Source: a virus. From it: a stretch of DNA of 64,000 nt. The translations under genes were made by a program, and so were the position numbers. The stretch covers positions 32,001-96,000 of the IMG/VR virus record IMGVR_UViG_3300033146_003848; one strand, written 5' to 3'. Under the pieces are notes generated by a model. That model saw nothing but the letters and a program-made list of their open reading frames with translations, was not told where the DNA came from and made no database searches. Every line of letters starts with the position of its first letter. The first letter of the stretch is position 1. This document shows positions 1 to 9,486 of this stretch, piece by piece.

Positions 1-1
1 A

Positions 2-1444
2 GGAGAAGAACATCGAACTGTATTGACAAATTTTTTGAAACATAAAAAATCATTTGACCAATTAACATCTGCAACGGCTAAAAGTCAATATGTTTGGCTC
101 AACTCTGTTGCTATTGGTGTAGCATCTAGAATACGTTCTTCTGTAATAGGATCTCTTCTAGTTGATTTGTCTCAAGGTAAATCATTAGATGATGCTATAA
201 AATCATTTGAATCTAAAGTGGCTCCAAGTAACTATAAACGTCCAAAACCAATAGTTACTCAAAAACAAAAGGATAATGCTCAAAAGCGAATTGTCGAGTT
301 AGGAATTCAAGATTCTCTCAGTCGTCGATTTGCGAAAGTTGATGATGTAACTATTAACAATGTTATTTTCGTCGATAGAACTGTTCAAAAAGAAATGGGT
401 GTATTAGATTCTGCATTGAATGATATTCCAGTAAAAACTAAAAAGTTAGATAAAGTTGAAGAAGTGTCAATTAAAAACTTCATAGAGAATATTGTACCGA
501 AAGCATCAAACATTGAACTGAGATTTGAGAGTAGACATTCTAGTAATTTAATGAGTCTAATTGCTCCAACTATTCCGACATCCAAAAATATTCTTAAATG
601 GAACAATAATTTTTCATGGGCATATAAGGGAGATATCACCGATTCAATGAAGCAACGTGTGAAATCTGCTGGAGGAAATGTTGATGGAGTTCTTCGATTT
701 TCGATTCAATGGAACGATGGAGACAACAATCAGAATGATTTTGATGCTCATTGTATTGAGCCAAGTGGAAATAAAATATATTATTCAAATGTGGGAATAA
801 CTCATCCATCATCAGGGATACTCGATGTTGATATTCAAAATCCAGGAGATAAAGTTGCAGTTGAAAATATCGCTTGGTCGAATAAAAGTAAAATGGAAGA
901 GGGAAAATATGAATTTATAGTTCACAACTTTGCTCATAATGGCGGTACTACAGGATTTACTGCTGAAATTGAATATGATGGAGAAATATATTCATATTCA
1001 TATGATCGTGAATTACGAAATGATGAGAAGGTTCATGTTGCTACTTTATATTTTAGTAGAAAAAATGGTATAAAATTCATCAAAGAATTAGATAGTTCAC
1101 AAACATCTAAAAAAGTATGGAATTTAAATACCAATCAATTCCAAAATGTATCAATGATTATGAATTCTCCAAATCATTGGGATGGAAATAAAACTGGGAA
1201 TAAGCATTATTTCTTCATAATGAAAGATTGTCAGAATGAAAGTGTTCCTAGAGGATTCTTTAATGAATTTTTAACTGAAGAGTTACGCAATGACAGAAAA
1301 GTGTTTGAGATTTTAGGATCTAAAATGCGAGTAGAGCCGAGTGAACAGCAATTGAGTGGATTAGGATTTTCAACAACTCAACGCAATAGTATTTTATGTA
1401 AAGTAAGTGGTAATTTTACCAGAACAATAAGAATAATTTTTTAG
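2..1444 (+). CDS. Conserved large-phage protein with C-terminal YfaP/DUF2135-like domain (5'-partial)
   Basis: Frame is open from position 2 (GEEHRTVLT...), so it starts upstream of the window; motifs DFDAHCIEPSG, LDVDI, AVENI are typical of YfaP-like domains. Confidence 0.6.
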   Translation, partial: GEEHRTVLTNFLKHKKSFDQLTSATAKSQYVWLNSVAIGVASRIRSSVIGSLLVDLSQGKSLDDAIKSFESKVAPSNYKRPKPIVTQKQKDNAQKRIVELGIQDSLSRRFAKVDDVTINNVIFVDRTVQKEMGVLDSALNDIPVKTKKLDKVEEVSIKNFIENIVPKASNIELRFESRHSSNLMSLIAPTIPTSKNILKWNNNFSWAYKGDITDSMKQRVKSAGGNVDGVLRFSIQWNDGDNNQNDFDAHCIEPSGNKIYYSNVGITHPSSGILDVDIQNPGDKVAVENIAWSNKSKMEEGKYEFIVHNFAHNGGTTGFTAEIEYDGEIYSYSYDRELRNDEKVHVATLYFSRKNGIKFIKELDSSQTSKKVWNLNTNQFQNVSMIMNSPNHWDGNKTGNKHYFFIMKDCQNESVPRGFFNEFLTEELRNDRKVFEILGSKMRVEPSEQQLSGLGFSTTQRNSILCKVSGNFTRTIRIIF

Positions 1445-1458
1445 AAAAGGAGATCATT

Positions 1459-1839
1459 ATGTTTGAGAAAGCCAGTAGATTGAAATTAAGATTTGAAAGT
1501 GGAAAAGGACTCATTACAATTGAGGATTTATGGGATTTACCATTAACAACTCCAGTGAGAGGATCGTCGTTAGATACCATTGCTAAATCCATTAGCAAAC
1601 AAGTTAAAGATAGTGCCGAAGAAAGTTTTGTTACAAAAACGTCATCTAAAAATCAAGAATTAGAGTTGAAATTTGAGATAGTTAAACATATCATCAAAGT
1701 TCGATTAAATGAACAGGAACAAAAAGAAAATGCTTTAATTCTGAAGACGAAAAAGGAAAAGATCGCTTCTTTGATTGCAAAAAAAGAAGATGCTGAACTT
1801 GAAAATTTAAGTATTGATGAACTGAAAAAGTTAATATAA
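1459..1839 (+). CDS. Conserved phage hypothetical coiled-coil protein
   Basis: AGGAG RBS; MFEKASRLKLRF...EDLWDLPL N-terminus, coiled-coil C-terminus. Confidence 0.7.
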   Translation: MFEKASRLKLRFESGKGLITIEDLWDLPLTTPVRGSSLDTIAKSISKQVKDSAEESFVTKTSSKNQELELKFEIVKHIIKVRLNEQEQKENALILKTKKEKIASLIAKKEDAELENLSIDELKKLI

Positions 1840-1841
1840 TC

Positions 1842-2018
1842 ATGAGTGAGATTAACGTTAAAGGGACTCCATTGGAGTCCCTTATGGAAGAACTTTACGA
1901 TCTTCGTAAATTGAGATATGCAAACTATTTGGATCCAGCATTTAAGCGATGTCCAAAATGCGGAGCATATAATAAAATTGCATATACTTGTGAAACTTGC
2001 TCATATAGTGATGATTAA
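1842..2018 (+). CDS. Small zinc-ribbon protein (58 aa, absent from ORF track)
   Basis: Manual translation MSEINVKGTPLESLMEELYDLRKLRYANYLDPAFKRCPKCGAYNKIAYTCETCSYSDD*; CPKC...CETC. Confidence 0.6.
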   Translation: MSEINVKGTPLESLMEELYDLRKLRYANYLDPAFKRCPKCGAYNKIAYTCETCSYSDD

Positions 2019-2020
2019 AT

Positions 2021-2049
2021 TTGACTTGGTTGAATGAATATGATATACT
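2021..2049 (+). promoter_or_regulatory. sigma70-type promoter
   Basis: TTGACT-N17-TATACT with extended -10 TG. Confidence 0.7.
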
Positions 2050-2104
2050 ATATTTAGAAACTATGTTGAATTAGTTATTATAAATTATTAAAAAGGAGAT
2101 TATT

Positions 2105-2362
2105 ATGAAATGTACATTTAATTACAAGACAAGAGATAGCAAACACAGAGCAATTTCATTAGATGAAGCAAGAAGCACTTGTTTAACTGAACTCGCTAAA
2201 ATTAATAATGTCACGAATCTTAATGGAGATCCTGAAAGTATCTCCGAACAACATTCTGATCCAGATCGATATTGTTTTGAAATTGATATTGAGAATATTA
2301 TTCCAATGATTGATATAATAGAATTACAATTAACTTTCGCAACTTTTTATATAAATCCTTAA
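2105..2362 (+). CDS. Hypothetical protein
   Basis: AAGGAG RBS, 85 aa ORF downstream of a promoter. Confidence 0.7.
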   Translation: MKCTFNYKTRDSKHRAISLDEARSTCLTELAKINNVTNLNGDPESISEQHSDPDRYCFEIDIENIIPMIDIIELQLTFATFYINP

Positions 2363-2382
2363 AATAATAATCCCATCAAAAC

Positions 2383-2390
2383 TATAAATA
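2383..2390 (+). promoter_or_regulatory. Possible T4-type late promoter TATAAATA
   Basis: Exact TATAAATA about 40 bp upstream of the ATG at 2429; chance occurrence is possible in AT-rich DNA. Confidence 0.35.
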
Positions 2391-2428
2391 ATAATGAAAT
2401 TTATTAATTATAGTCTTTGAGGTTATCT

Positions 2429-3352
2429 ATGGAATCGTTTAAAAAATACATGTTAGAGATGCAAGGTCAGCGAAATTTAATGGGCGATAAGCCTAAATAC
2501 ATTTTTGATCCCCCTGGAGATAAAGCGTATTCAATTTATGTTCTAAAACGCATCGTAAACAATCAAGGAATATTAGAACAGAAGATGATAGATAAAATTA
2601 TGCCTAAGTTTGGATTTCAAATAACAGATGAATCTACTAATTCTAAACCGTATTATAATTTAAATTTATATCCAAATAAAAAACTTCAATATAGATATGA
2701 ACCTATGAGTTTAAGTTTATTGAATCGGAATCATGGAATAAAAATGAGCCCTCATGCTGATCCAGTTAATTGTGCTATGATGTTCCAATTAGCCGAATAT
2801 AATGAGGATTATAAAAAATATCTTTGGGAAAGATTTATAATTCAAATTAATGATACTGAAGTGAAAAATCTTTGGATAATTGATTCGGACAAAAGCAATG
2901 CATCTCCAACTATTCAAGCAACTCATATTTGGGGGGAAAATGCTCCAGTTCATCGAGATAAAAATGGAGATGTTAATATTCCAAAGTTAAAGGATATAAT
3001 TACTATTTATGAAACTGGAAATGATCCGTCATGGACACCCAAAAAGGATCCTAATTATATGCCAAAGGATAGTTCAAAGTGGACAAAAAAAGAATTATTA
3101 GATTTGGCTAGAGATAATAATAGTGCATTTGGGCGGGTATTAAATCGAACATCAAACTGGGATACCTTTCTAAATTACGATGGTCCCAAAAAAGACCTTG
3201 AGCCTAAGGATAGCGAAGAATTAAAAGCATATCAAGAGAGAATGGCAAAAATACAAAAAAGGTCTGATTATCATTATAATAAACCTCACATGAAAGATAT
3301 AGCGAAAAAATTTGATGCCGCAGTTAAAGATAAATTTAATAAGAAATCATGA
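2429..3352 (+). CDS. Hypothetical protein, possible internal head protein
   Basis: GAGG RBS then ATG at 2429; N-terminus MESFKKYMLE resembles T4 capsid-targeting sequences; Lys-rich. Confidence 0.55.
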   Translation: MESFKKYMLEMQGQRNLMGDKPKYIFDPPGDKAYSIYVLKRIVNNQGILEQKMIDKIMPKFGFQITDESTNSKPYYNLNLYPNKKLQYRYEPMSLSLLNRNHGIKMSPHADPVNCAMMFQLAEYNEDYKKYLWERFIIQINDTEVKNLWIIDSDKSNASPTIQATHIWGENAPVHRDKNGDVNIPKLKDIITIYETGNDPSWTPKKDPNYMPKDSSKWTKKELLDLARDNNSAFGRVLNRTSNWDTFLNYDGPKKDLEPKDSEELKAYQERMAKIQKRSDYHYNKPHMKDIAKKFDAAVKDKFNKKS

Positions 3353-3699
3353 AGTATTTAATAATATTTTTCATTGGAACTTTGATGTTTAATGAATTAT
3401 ACTCTAATGCAGATGTCATTTGTTATAAGATAAATAAAATAATTAATTTAGTTGAATATAGAATGATATGTCGAGATAATAACATTAAAGTTCAATTAAA
3501 TAATTTAAAATTAGTTGCTCCTATAAAATATAATATTCTTCAATCAATACGAAAGAAATTTAAATCTGAACAGATAATTCAATTACAAAATTGTCAATAC
3601 AATAATAATATTCTTTTATGTGATGACTTTTTATTTGATGGAGGAACATCATTTAAAGAATTGCTGATTAAAAAAAATATATTGAGATTGATAGAATGA
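3349..3699 (+). CDS. Secreted protein, possibly degenerate thermonuclease (SNase-like) fold
   Basis: N-terminal signal peptide; spacing KINKII...KVQL...ILLCD.LFDGGTSFKELLIKKN resembles SNase but catalytic residues are absent. Confidence 0.35.
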   Translation: MKYLIIFFIGTLMFNELYSNADVICYKINKIINLVEYRMICRDNNIKVQLNNLKLVAPIKYNILQSIRKKFKSEQIIQLQNCQYNNNILLCDDFLFDGGTSFKELLIKKNILRLIE

Positions 3700-3983
3700 A
3701 AACATTCATTGTTTTTATTTTTATTTGCAATATTTTATTAGCAGATTTTTCAATATATAAGCCAAAATTCATTACAAATGATTTGAATAAATACCTACCA
3801 ATCATTAGTTATGATGAAATAGATACCTCTCATTTAAATATAGAGATTATCTCAGATGATTCCGAGATAATTTTCAAATATTGTTCTTTTATAAGTAGAT
3901 ATATCTTAATTTGTCAAGAATTGTTTATTGAAGAATATCAAATGAAAGATGAGATATTCATAACATTAAAATTTATTTTTTAA
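3696..3983 (+). CDS. Secreted hypothetical protein, possible paralog of 3349-3699
   Basis: Signal peptide; C-terminal FKYC...ILICQELF resembles LQNC...ILLCDDFL. Confidence 0.45.
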   Translation: MKTFIVFIFICNILLADFSIYKPKFITNDLNKYLPIISYDEIDTSHLNIEIISDDSEIIFKYCSFISRYILICQELFIEEYQMKDEIFITLKFIF

Positions 3984-4305
3984 ATCCTTTAACTTCCAAC
4001 TCATCAATTGCAAATATTTCAAATTGACTTTGAATATGATGCCATCCAGAATAAAGTCTATCAGCAATAATTCTTAAATTCACATCAGTGAATGATTTAC
4101 CGATCATCTCATTCTTTATTTGATTATGGAATAAAGAAGTCAATGCTTGCTGTAGCATTCGAAGTTTTCTTTCATCGAACATGGAACTTGGATTTGACTC
4201 TAACGCATCAGTTAAGTTCCAAACTTTCACTGAATCAGAATCATCTATGATAATATCAATATTCATAGATGGAAGATGTTTTATAAAATCAATTATAATT
4301 TTCAT
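3973..4305 (-). CDS. Hypothetical protein
   Basis: Overlap-coupled ORF at the end of the minus-strand block. Confidence 0.65.
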   Translation of the reverse strand: MKIIIDFIKHLPSMNIDIIIDDSDSVKVWNLTDALESNPSSMFDERKLRMLQQALTSLFHNQIKNEMIGKSFTDVNLRIIADRLYSGWHHIQSQFEIFAIDELEVKGFKK

Positions 4306-4745
4306 TTATTAAACCAGTATGATAAATTTGGACGAGCAGAAATATCATTTCTATCGATTTTATTTTCAGATATAAGTCTATATATAATGGCTTTAGGATG
4401 ACGTTTAAATATTGAACCTAATTCCTCTAAATTTATCGTTCCTAAAACGAAAATTGCTCGCAATAAGTCTTTTGTTTCATCTTCAGACCAATGCTCATAT
4501 GATCTAGAATATCCCATAGATCTTTCAAATCTACATCTTTCGGGATCAAACGAATCCTTAATTTGAGTAAAATTAAATGCAGAATTATACTTCAGTTTAA
4601 GATTGAAAATCTCAGACTCATCGTGAGAGATCTCTTCAGATTTAAACTCTTCCAATTGCAGTTGAAGAAGTTTAATTTCTGCATCTTTTTCTTTTAAATC
4701 ATTTCTCATTTTATATACATAAAATGATAATAAATCATTCATCAT
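4302..4745 (-). CDS. Coiled-coil plus Myb/SANT-like HTH protein
   Basis: WSEDETKDLL...LEELGSIFKRHPKAIIYRL matches the Myb-like HTH pattern. Confidence 0.5.
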   Translation of the reverse strand: MMNDLLSFYVYKMRNDLKEKDAEIKLLQLQLEEFKSEEISHDESEIFNLKLKYNSAFNFTQIKDSFDPERCRFERSMGYSRSYEHWSEDETKDLLRAIFVLGTINLEELGSIFKRHPKAIIYRLISENKIDRNDISARPNLSYWFNK

Positions 4746-5086
4746 TTTCTCCCTTTTGTTTTACGTTTAATGTTTTGATATTGTTTCATGTCATCTTTTA
4801 ATATATCTTCTTTATCGTAAGCATATTCGCCATCTCCAAATGTACATATGCATTCTGGATAATCATTGAATTTAATTACTAATTCAAAATAATCATCCAA
4901 AGATATCCCCTTCGCAGGTCGAATATCAATGTATGTCCAATTTACATCATCACAAATATCAAATGTGCATTTTCCAATTTTCTCAAACTCATGTTGAATA
5001 TCCTTCATATGTTGCTTTTTTTTATCATCATCGTTACCAATATATGACCATTCGATGCAAGTAATTCTATTTCGTAGTGATCTCAT
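4742..5086 (-). CDS. Hypothetical protein
   Basis: Overlap-coupled ORF. Confidence 0.65.
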   Translation of the reverse strand: MRSLRNRITCIEWSYIGNDDDKKKQHMKDIQHEFEKIGKCTFDICDDVNWTYIDIRPAKGISLDDYFELVIKFNDYPECICTFGDGEYAYDKEDILKDDMKQYQNIKRKTKGRK

Positions 5087-5616
5087 ATGTTCTCGTTTAA
5101 CCAGTCGATATGATTTTCTAAGAATGTTATATATGTCGTCAATATATCAATCGATACTCTACATTTTCTGTTATAATCTCTAATTCCAAATTTTCGTTCA
5201 AACCAGGTTCTAGTTGTTTCTTCAGTTAAACTAAATTCTGGATCAATAATGAATCCAAATTTTATTTTACCCGCATTATTATTTATTTTAAGGAAAATGT
5301 CATTATCTTGAAGTGCGGATCCTTGATTTAATAATTGGTTATAAATTATCCCTCCCAATTGCTCATATTCCTCCATCAATTCTCGATTCATCGCTAAAAA
5401 ATGTAAAAAATCACGAAATCCACATAGAAGATTTATCATTTCGATAACTCGGTCTTCATTAAATCCGACATTAGATATGAATCCACCATCTATTGTTATT
5501 GATGATGGAGGATCAAATATTCCTTTATTATTCATAGATTTAATATATTGATACTCAATCTTAGATGAGATATCCTTTAAGCGTATTTTCCTCAACATTA
5601 TCTTCTCACTTTGCAA
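5083..5616 (-). CDS. Hypothetical protein
   Basis: Overlap-coupled ORF. Confidence 0.65.
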   Translation of the reverse strand: MQSEKIMLRKIRLKDISSKIEYQYIKSMNNKGIFDPPSSITIDGGFISNVGFNEDRVIEMINLLCGFRDFLHFLAMNRELMEEYEQLGGIIYNQLLNQGSALQDNDIFLKINNNAGKIKFGFIIDPEFSLTEETTRTWFERKFGIRDYNRKCRVSIDILTTYITFLENHIDWLNENI

Positions 5617-6644
5617 TAAAATATTCGTTCAATATTTCCGTTAGAACTACTCTTTCCTGTTGAAAACGCCTTATATTCTCTTTCAAAAATTTCAATTTCT
5701 CCTTTATTTTTCAATATTCGAATTATTTCAGCATCTTCTATTTTAGCATTAGATCTTCCATTTTTAGAATTTGCAGTATTATTGTATGATAATAGTATAT
5801 GTTTACAGTCAGCATTTATAATTAAATCTTCAAATACTTGAGTTGCATTTTTTAAACAATAATCACTTTTTATATGAGAACGATCCATTTTCTTAGTGAT
5901 TCCTTTCACATTAGGCTTTTTCCATTCAGATAAATTTTCTAATAAGTGATAATAATCCGAATATTGTCTGGAATTATATGGAGGATCAAGATATAATACA
6001 TCACAAGAGATCTTTCGAATTAAATCATTTGCATCCTCTCTATAAATTACATTCTGAGAATTTTTGAACTCTTGAATGTCAGGAATTAACAGTTTTAATG
6101 TTTTCACATTGTCTAATTTTTTTATAAAGGCATCATAATGTCCCACAGTATTTGCAACTTTATCTACCGCATAAAGTAATGAGCATAATAAAATATCTCT
6201 GTCATTTTCATTTGTTGAAATGACCTCTAATTCTTCTCTAATTGCATCAATTTTTCTTGCATTATTTTGAGAAAAAAATGTTCCACCAAAATTAGCAGAA
6301 AAATATCCATTATCTACTCCTTCTAAATCATTTAAATGATTTATTTTTTCAATGAGTGCATCATCAACCTTATTGTTTGGAGATAAAAATGTTTTTATCC
6401 CTATATAATTTGAATATAGTATATCATTCGCTATAATTTTTATATGATTATCATTAAAATTATTCCCAACAACTCCTGTTCCCGAAAACATATCACAAAA
6501 GGAGTTAAAGTGTCCACATTTTGTAGAAACTATATCTTTAATGAACTCAATTAATTTATATTTATTACCTAAATATCTACGATTTTGTGATTGAAAAAAA
6601 TCACTATCAACCAGATCAAGATTTATTTTGGATCGATTAGACAT
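5598..6644 (-). CDS. DNA adenine methyltransferase (D12/Dam-like class, M.FokI/NlaIII-like)
   Basis: RYLGNKYKL, motif I DMFSGTGVVG, motif IV YLDPPYNSRQY; start moved to 6644 after a TAGGAG RBS. Confidence 0.9.
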   Translation of the reverse strand: MSNRSKINLDLVDSDFFQSQNRRYLGNKYKLIEFIKDIVSTKCGHFNSFCDMFSGTGVVGNNFNDNHIKIIANDILYSNYIGIKTFLSPNNKVDDALIEKINHLNDLEGVDNGYFSANFGGTFFSQNNARKIDAIREELEVISTNENDRDILLCSLLYAVDKVANTVGHYDAFIKKLDNVKTLKLLIPDIQEFKNSQNVIYREDANDLIRKISCDVLYLDPPYNSRQYSDYYHLLENLSEWKKPNVKGITKKMDRSHIKSDYCLKNATQVFEDLIINADCKHILLSYNNTANSKNGRSNAKIEDAEIIRILKNKGEIEIFEREYKAFSTGKSSSNGNIERIFYCKVRR

Positions 6645-6695
6645 ATATCTACTCCTATTTATATTTAACATTATTTTAATTTAAAATTCTAATTA

Positions 6696-7724
6696 TCAAC
6701 TCGGTTTTATTCCTATTTGAGATTCGATAATCCATTTATGCATTTGTCTCACAATAAAGTCATTGACAAGATCTCGATTCATTTTCTTAGGTAATGTTGT
6801 GGTTTTTTTCAATTCCATCATCTTTGATTCTAAGTCATCTGAATATTGAATGATATTAGTTAAGTGCCATTTACCTAATTTTATGTCTAAAATTTCAGAA
6901 GCATTAGTTAGTGGAAATGTAATTTGTTGATTTTCTAATAATTCGATTCCCTCATGAAGAAGTCTAATTAGATGTGATGCGAATTTTGTATCATATCCAT
7001 AATTTAAAATTAGGTCTTGTCTATTGGTTCCATTATCAACTCGTTCTTTCAATTTAACAATCGCAGATTTAATCATATCGTTCCATGGGAGATTAATATC
7101 TCCAATTGTTAAAAATTGATCATGAAATCTAAATGAATGTCCTTTGGAGTTATCATTATCTTTAGCCCATGAGTTAAGAATGGCAAGAAACTCTTTGTTT
7201 TCTCTTAAATGATCAATCGTTCTTTTGGGATCTAAACTCAAAAAGAAATCTAAAATGATATTCATTTCTTTGAATTTATCTTTTTTGATTATCATTTTAT
7301 GCTTTTGGCTCTTAGCATATCCTAAGAATCGTCCAACTAATCCTCGATGTAAAAATATATCTCTATTAGCAATTAAGTCTTTACCATAATCATTGATAAA
7401 TATTATACTGTCTTTCGATGGATACAGTAATTCTAATATATTAGGATTATTTTGCATCGCTAACATACAAAATTTTTGATATGCGTAAAATTTACGATCG
7501 ATGGACTCTTTTGTGTTTTTACCAAAAGCATCTTTAAATTGAATTGAAAAATCAACTTCTTCTACTTTATCTATTCCCAATATATATCTAATGGATGGTA
7601 AAAATATCCCTAATTTATCTTCATCTGAATTGGGAGTAGCAGTTCCATACAATCTGCTTCCCGAAATTACTTCTAATATTTTACCATTTTCAGCAACAGT
7701 TTCAACATCATTTAATGTTCGCAT
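6696..7724 (-). CDS. Pol-beta-superfamily nucleotidyltransferase (T4 NrdC.11/RlaP-like)
   Basis: GSRLYGTATPNSDEDKLGIF, NNPNILELL, GYDTKFASHLIRLL. Confidence 0.85.
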   Translation of the reverse strand: MRTLNDVETVAENGKILEVISGSRLYGTATPNSDEDKLGIFLPSIRYILGIDKVEEVDFSIQFKDAFGKNTKESIDRKFYAYQKFCMLAMQNNPNILELLYPSKDSIIFINDYGKDLIANRDIFLHRGLVGRFLGYAKSQKHKMIIKKDKFKEMNIILDFFLSLDPKRTIDHLRENKEFLAILNSWAKDNDNSKGHSFRFHDQFLTIGDINLPWNDMIKSAIVKLKERVDNGTNRQDLILNYGYDTKFASHLIRLLHEGIELLENQQITFPLTNASEILDIKLGKWHLTNIIQYSDDLESKMMELKKTTTLPKKMNRDLVNDFIVRQMHKWIIESQIGIKPS

Positions 7725-7757
7725 AACAATCTCACAACTATAATTAATAACACAATT

Positions 7758-7786
7758 AGAATATCATGTTTCAAAACAAAAGTCAA
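7758..7786 (-). promoter_or_regulatory. sigma70-type promoter
   Basis: TTGACT-N17-TATTCT with TG extension on the minus strand. Confidence 0.6.
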
Positions 7787-7894
7787 AAATAATGAAGATA
7801 TTAATGCCCATTTTCGTGAAGATGTGAGTTCTCAATATCATCTGCAAATATAGAATCAGCATCTATTGCATGTAATTTTCAGAAATCATATCAT

Positions 7895-8434
7895 TCATTT
7901 CGAAACCTTTACTTCATTTCCCCAAACGTCCCAACCATAACTGTCCATTCTAGCAAACATTTCTAATTTTTGAAATCCTTCTCTATCGGACACCTTCTCT
8001 ATTAAATCTCGCATACGCTCGGGCTTTTGACTATGTTTCATTCGTTTAGCATGGAATGATGTAGTTCCTTGTTGTCGTTTGCCATTAACAACTTTATATG
8101 GAATCATCCCTTTGACTCCAAATAAGCAATGCTCACTTTGTCCTCGAAAATATTGTCCTAATCCAATTCGGTCTTTCGTCCAAGTAATCATCGTTTTATA
8201 TTTAAATCCCCATGCTTCCATCACTTTAAGTCCATCTATCATGAAATTATTAGTTACCCATAAGTATAAGTGAGCATTATCATTTGTTGGTGGAACTAAT
8301 TTCATAATATCTTTAGTTTTCATCAACGGATAATGAGCATCTGCTCCTCGCTTAATCTTCCCTCCACCAGACTCTTTCCAGGGAGGGTCAGCATAAATAA
8401 TATCATATTTCTTATTTGGAAATGGTATTGACAT
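7895..8434 (-). CDS. MT-A70 family N6-adenine methyltransferase
   Basis: IIYADPPW, HLYLWVTN, WGFKYKT.ITWTK, GLGQYFRGQSEHCL, HSQKP, LEMFAR, GWDVWGNE. Confidence 0.92.
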   Translation of the reverse strand: MSIPFPNKKYDIIYADPPWKESGGGKIKRGADAHYPLMKTKDIMKLVPPTNDNAHLYLWVTNNFMIDGLKVMEAWGFKYKTMITWTKDRIGLGQYFRGQSEHCLFGVKGMIPYKVVNGKRQQGTTSFHAKRMKHSQKPERMRDLIEKVSDREGFQKLEMFARMDSYGWDVWGNEVKVSK

Positions 8435-8436
8435 TA

Positions 8437-9414
8437 TTATTTACCATTGATTTTAAAATGAATTACTGAAAAATCATTATCATTAGATGATTCCAGTTTT
8501 GGAGCATTCGCATAATATATCGTCTCATTAACCGAAGATGAAGTGGTAAAAGCCAATAAATCTCGTCGCTCATCTATAAATTGTTGACAATCTTTCTCAG
8601 TAACATAAAAATCATCCGCTTGAAGTGAACGTTTTAATGTACTCGTCGATACGCATCCATATGTAGTAAGTAATAACTGAATAGTCTCATCAACATCTTC
8701 AGATGAAGGCTTTTCAAATCGTATTGTATATTTAAAGTAATAGTTTTTATTAGAATGTTTAATTATTTCCCAATCCCACTGTTCATTTTGGGCTAAATCT
8801 GCTAGAAGTTTAACTGCATACGATTGAGTCGCGTAATATCCAGATTCTCTCAAGAAAATTTTCAGATCCTTAGCCGTAATATATCCTAATGTTGACATAA
8901 TAATATTGACGGCTTCTTCGATTCTATCGGAACTAGCATACTCATAATTCGCATACTCATAATTCGCATCTTCATCGTTCAACACAATCTCATCTGAATA
9001 TTTATCAACGATGTCTGTCCAAATATTATATATATCATTGGACATTCCCGAAATCATCGTATCGAAGTCGTTAACAAGTAGATCATATTCATACTTAATA
9101 TTAGTTCGACTTAATTTATTAACTAACTTTAATATCTTAGAAATATATTTAGCATCATTCGTTGATATTGAGTACTCTTCAATTAAAGTTTTTACTATTT
9201 CCATTTCATTAATTCGATTTCCAAAAAAGATCTCTTTAATCGAACTAGTTCTAGATTTGGCACGATCTGAATTTCTAGATTCAGATTCCTCATTCTTTGA
9301 TGACGTAATGTCACTTGAAACTTGAGAATATACAAATTCCTCAAATATGGTTTGAAATAATTCATCAGAAGTATGTTTTTGAACAATACTCAAAAGAGTG
9401 TCTAATACTTGCAT
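8437..9414 (-). CDS. Acidic hypothetical protein with two tandem winged-helix-like repeats
   Basis: Repeats IEEAVNIIMSTLGYITAKDLKIFLRESGYYAT and VDETIQLLLTTYGCVSTSTLKRSLQADDFYVT; start likely MQVLDT at 9414. Confidence 0.55.
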   Translation of the reverse strand: MQVLDTLLSIVQKHTSDELFQTIFEEFVYSQVSSDITSSKNEESESRNSDRAKSRTSSIKEIFFGNRINEMEIVKTLIEEYSISTNDAKYISKILKLVNKLSRTNIKYEYDLLVNDFDTMISGMSNDIYNIWTDIVDKYSDEIVLNDEDANYEYANYEYASSDRIEEAVNIIMSTLGYITAKDLKIFLRESGYYATQSYAVKLLADLAQNEQWDWEIIKHSNKNYYFKYTIRFEKPSSEDVDETIQLLLTTYGCVSTSTLKRSLQADDFYVTEKDCQQFIDERRDLLAFTTSSSVNETIYYANAPKLESSNDNDFSVIHFKINGK

Positions 9415-9486
9415 AGTCGTCTCACTTAAATAATTAATAACAATATAATATATCATTATATATAATTTATGTGAGAAAAAAATGTC

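Noticed and set aside
1861-1883. GC-rich hairpin AAGGGACTCC-ATT-GGAGTCCCTT as a terminator
   Set aside because: Lies inside a plausible 58-aa zinc-ribbon ORF and lacks a + strand U-tract; role unresolved
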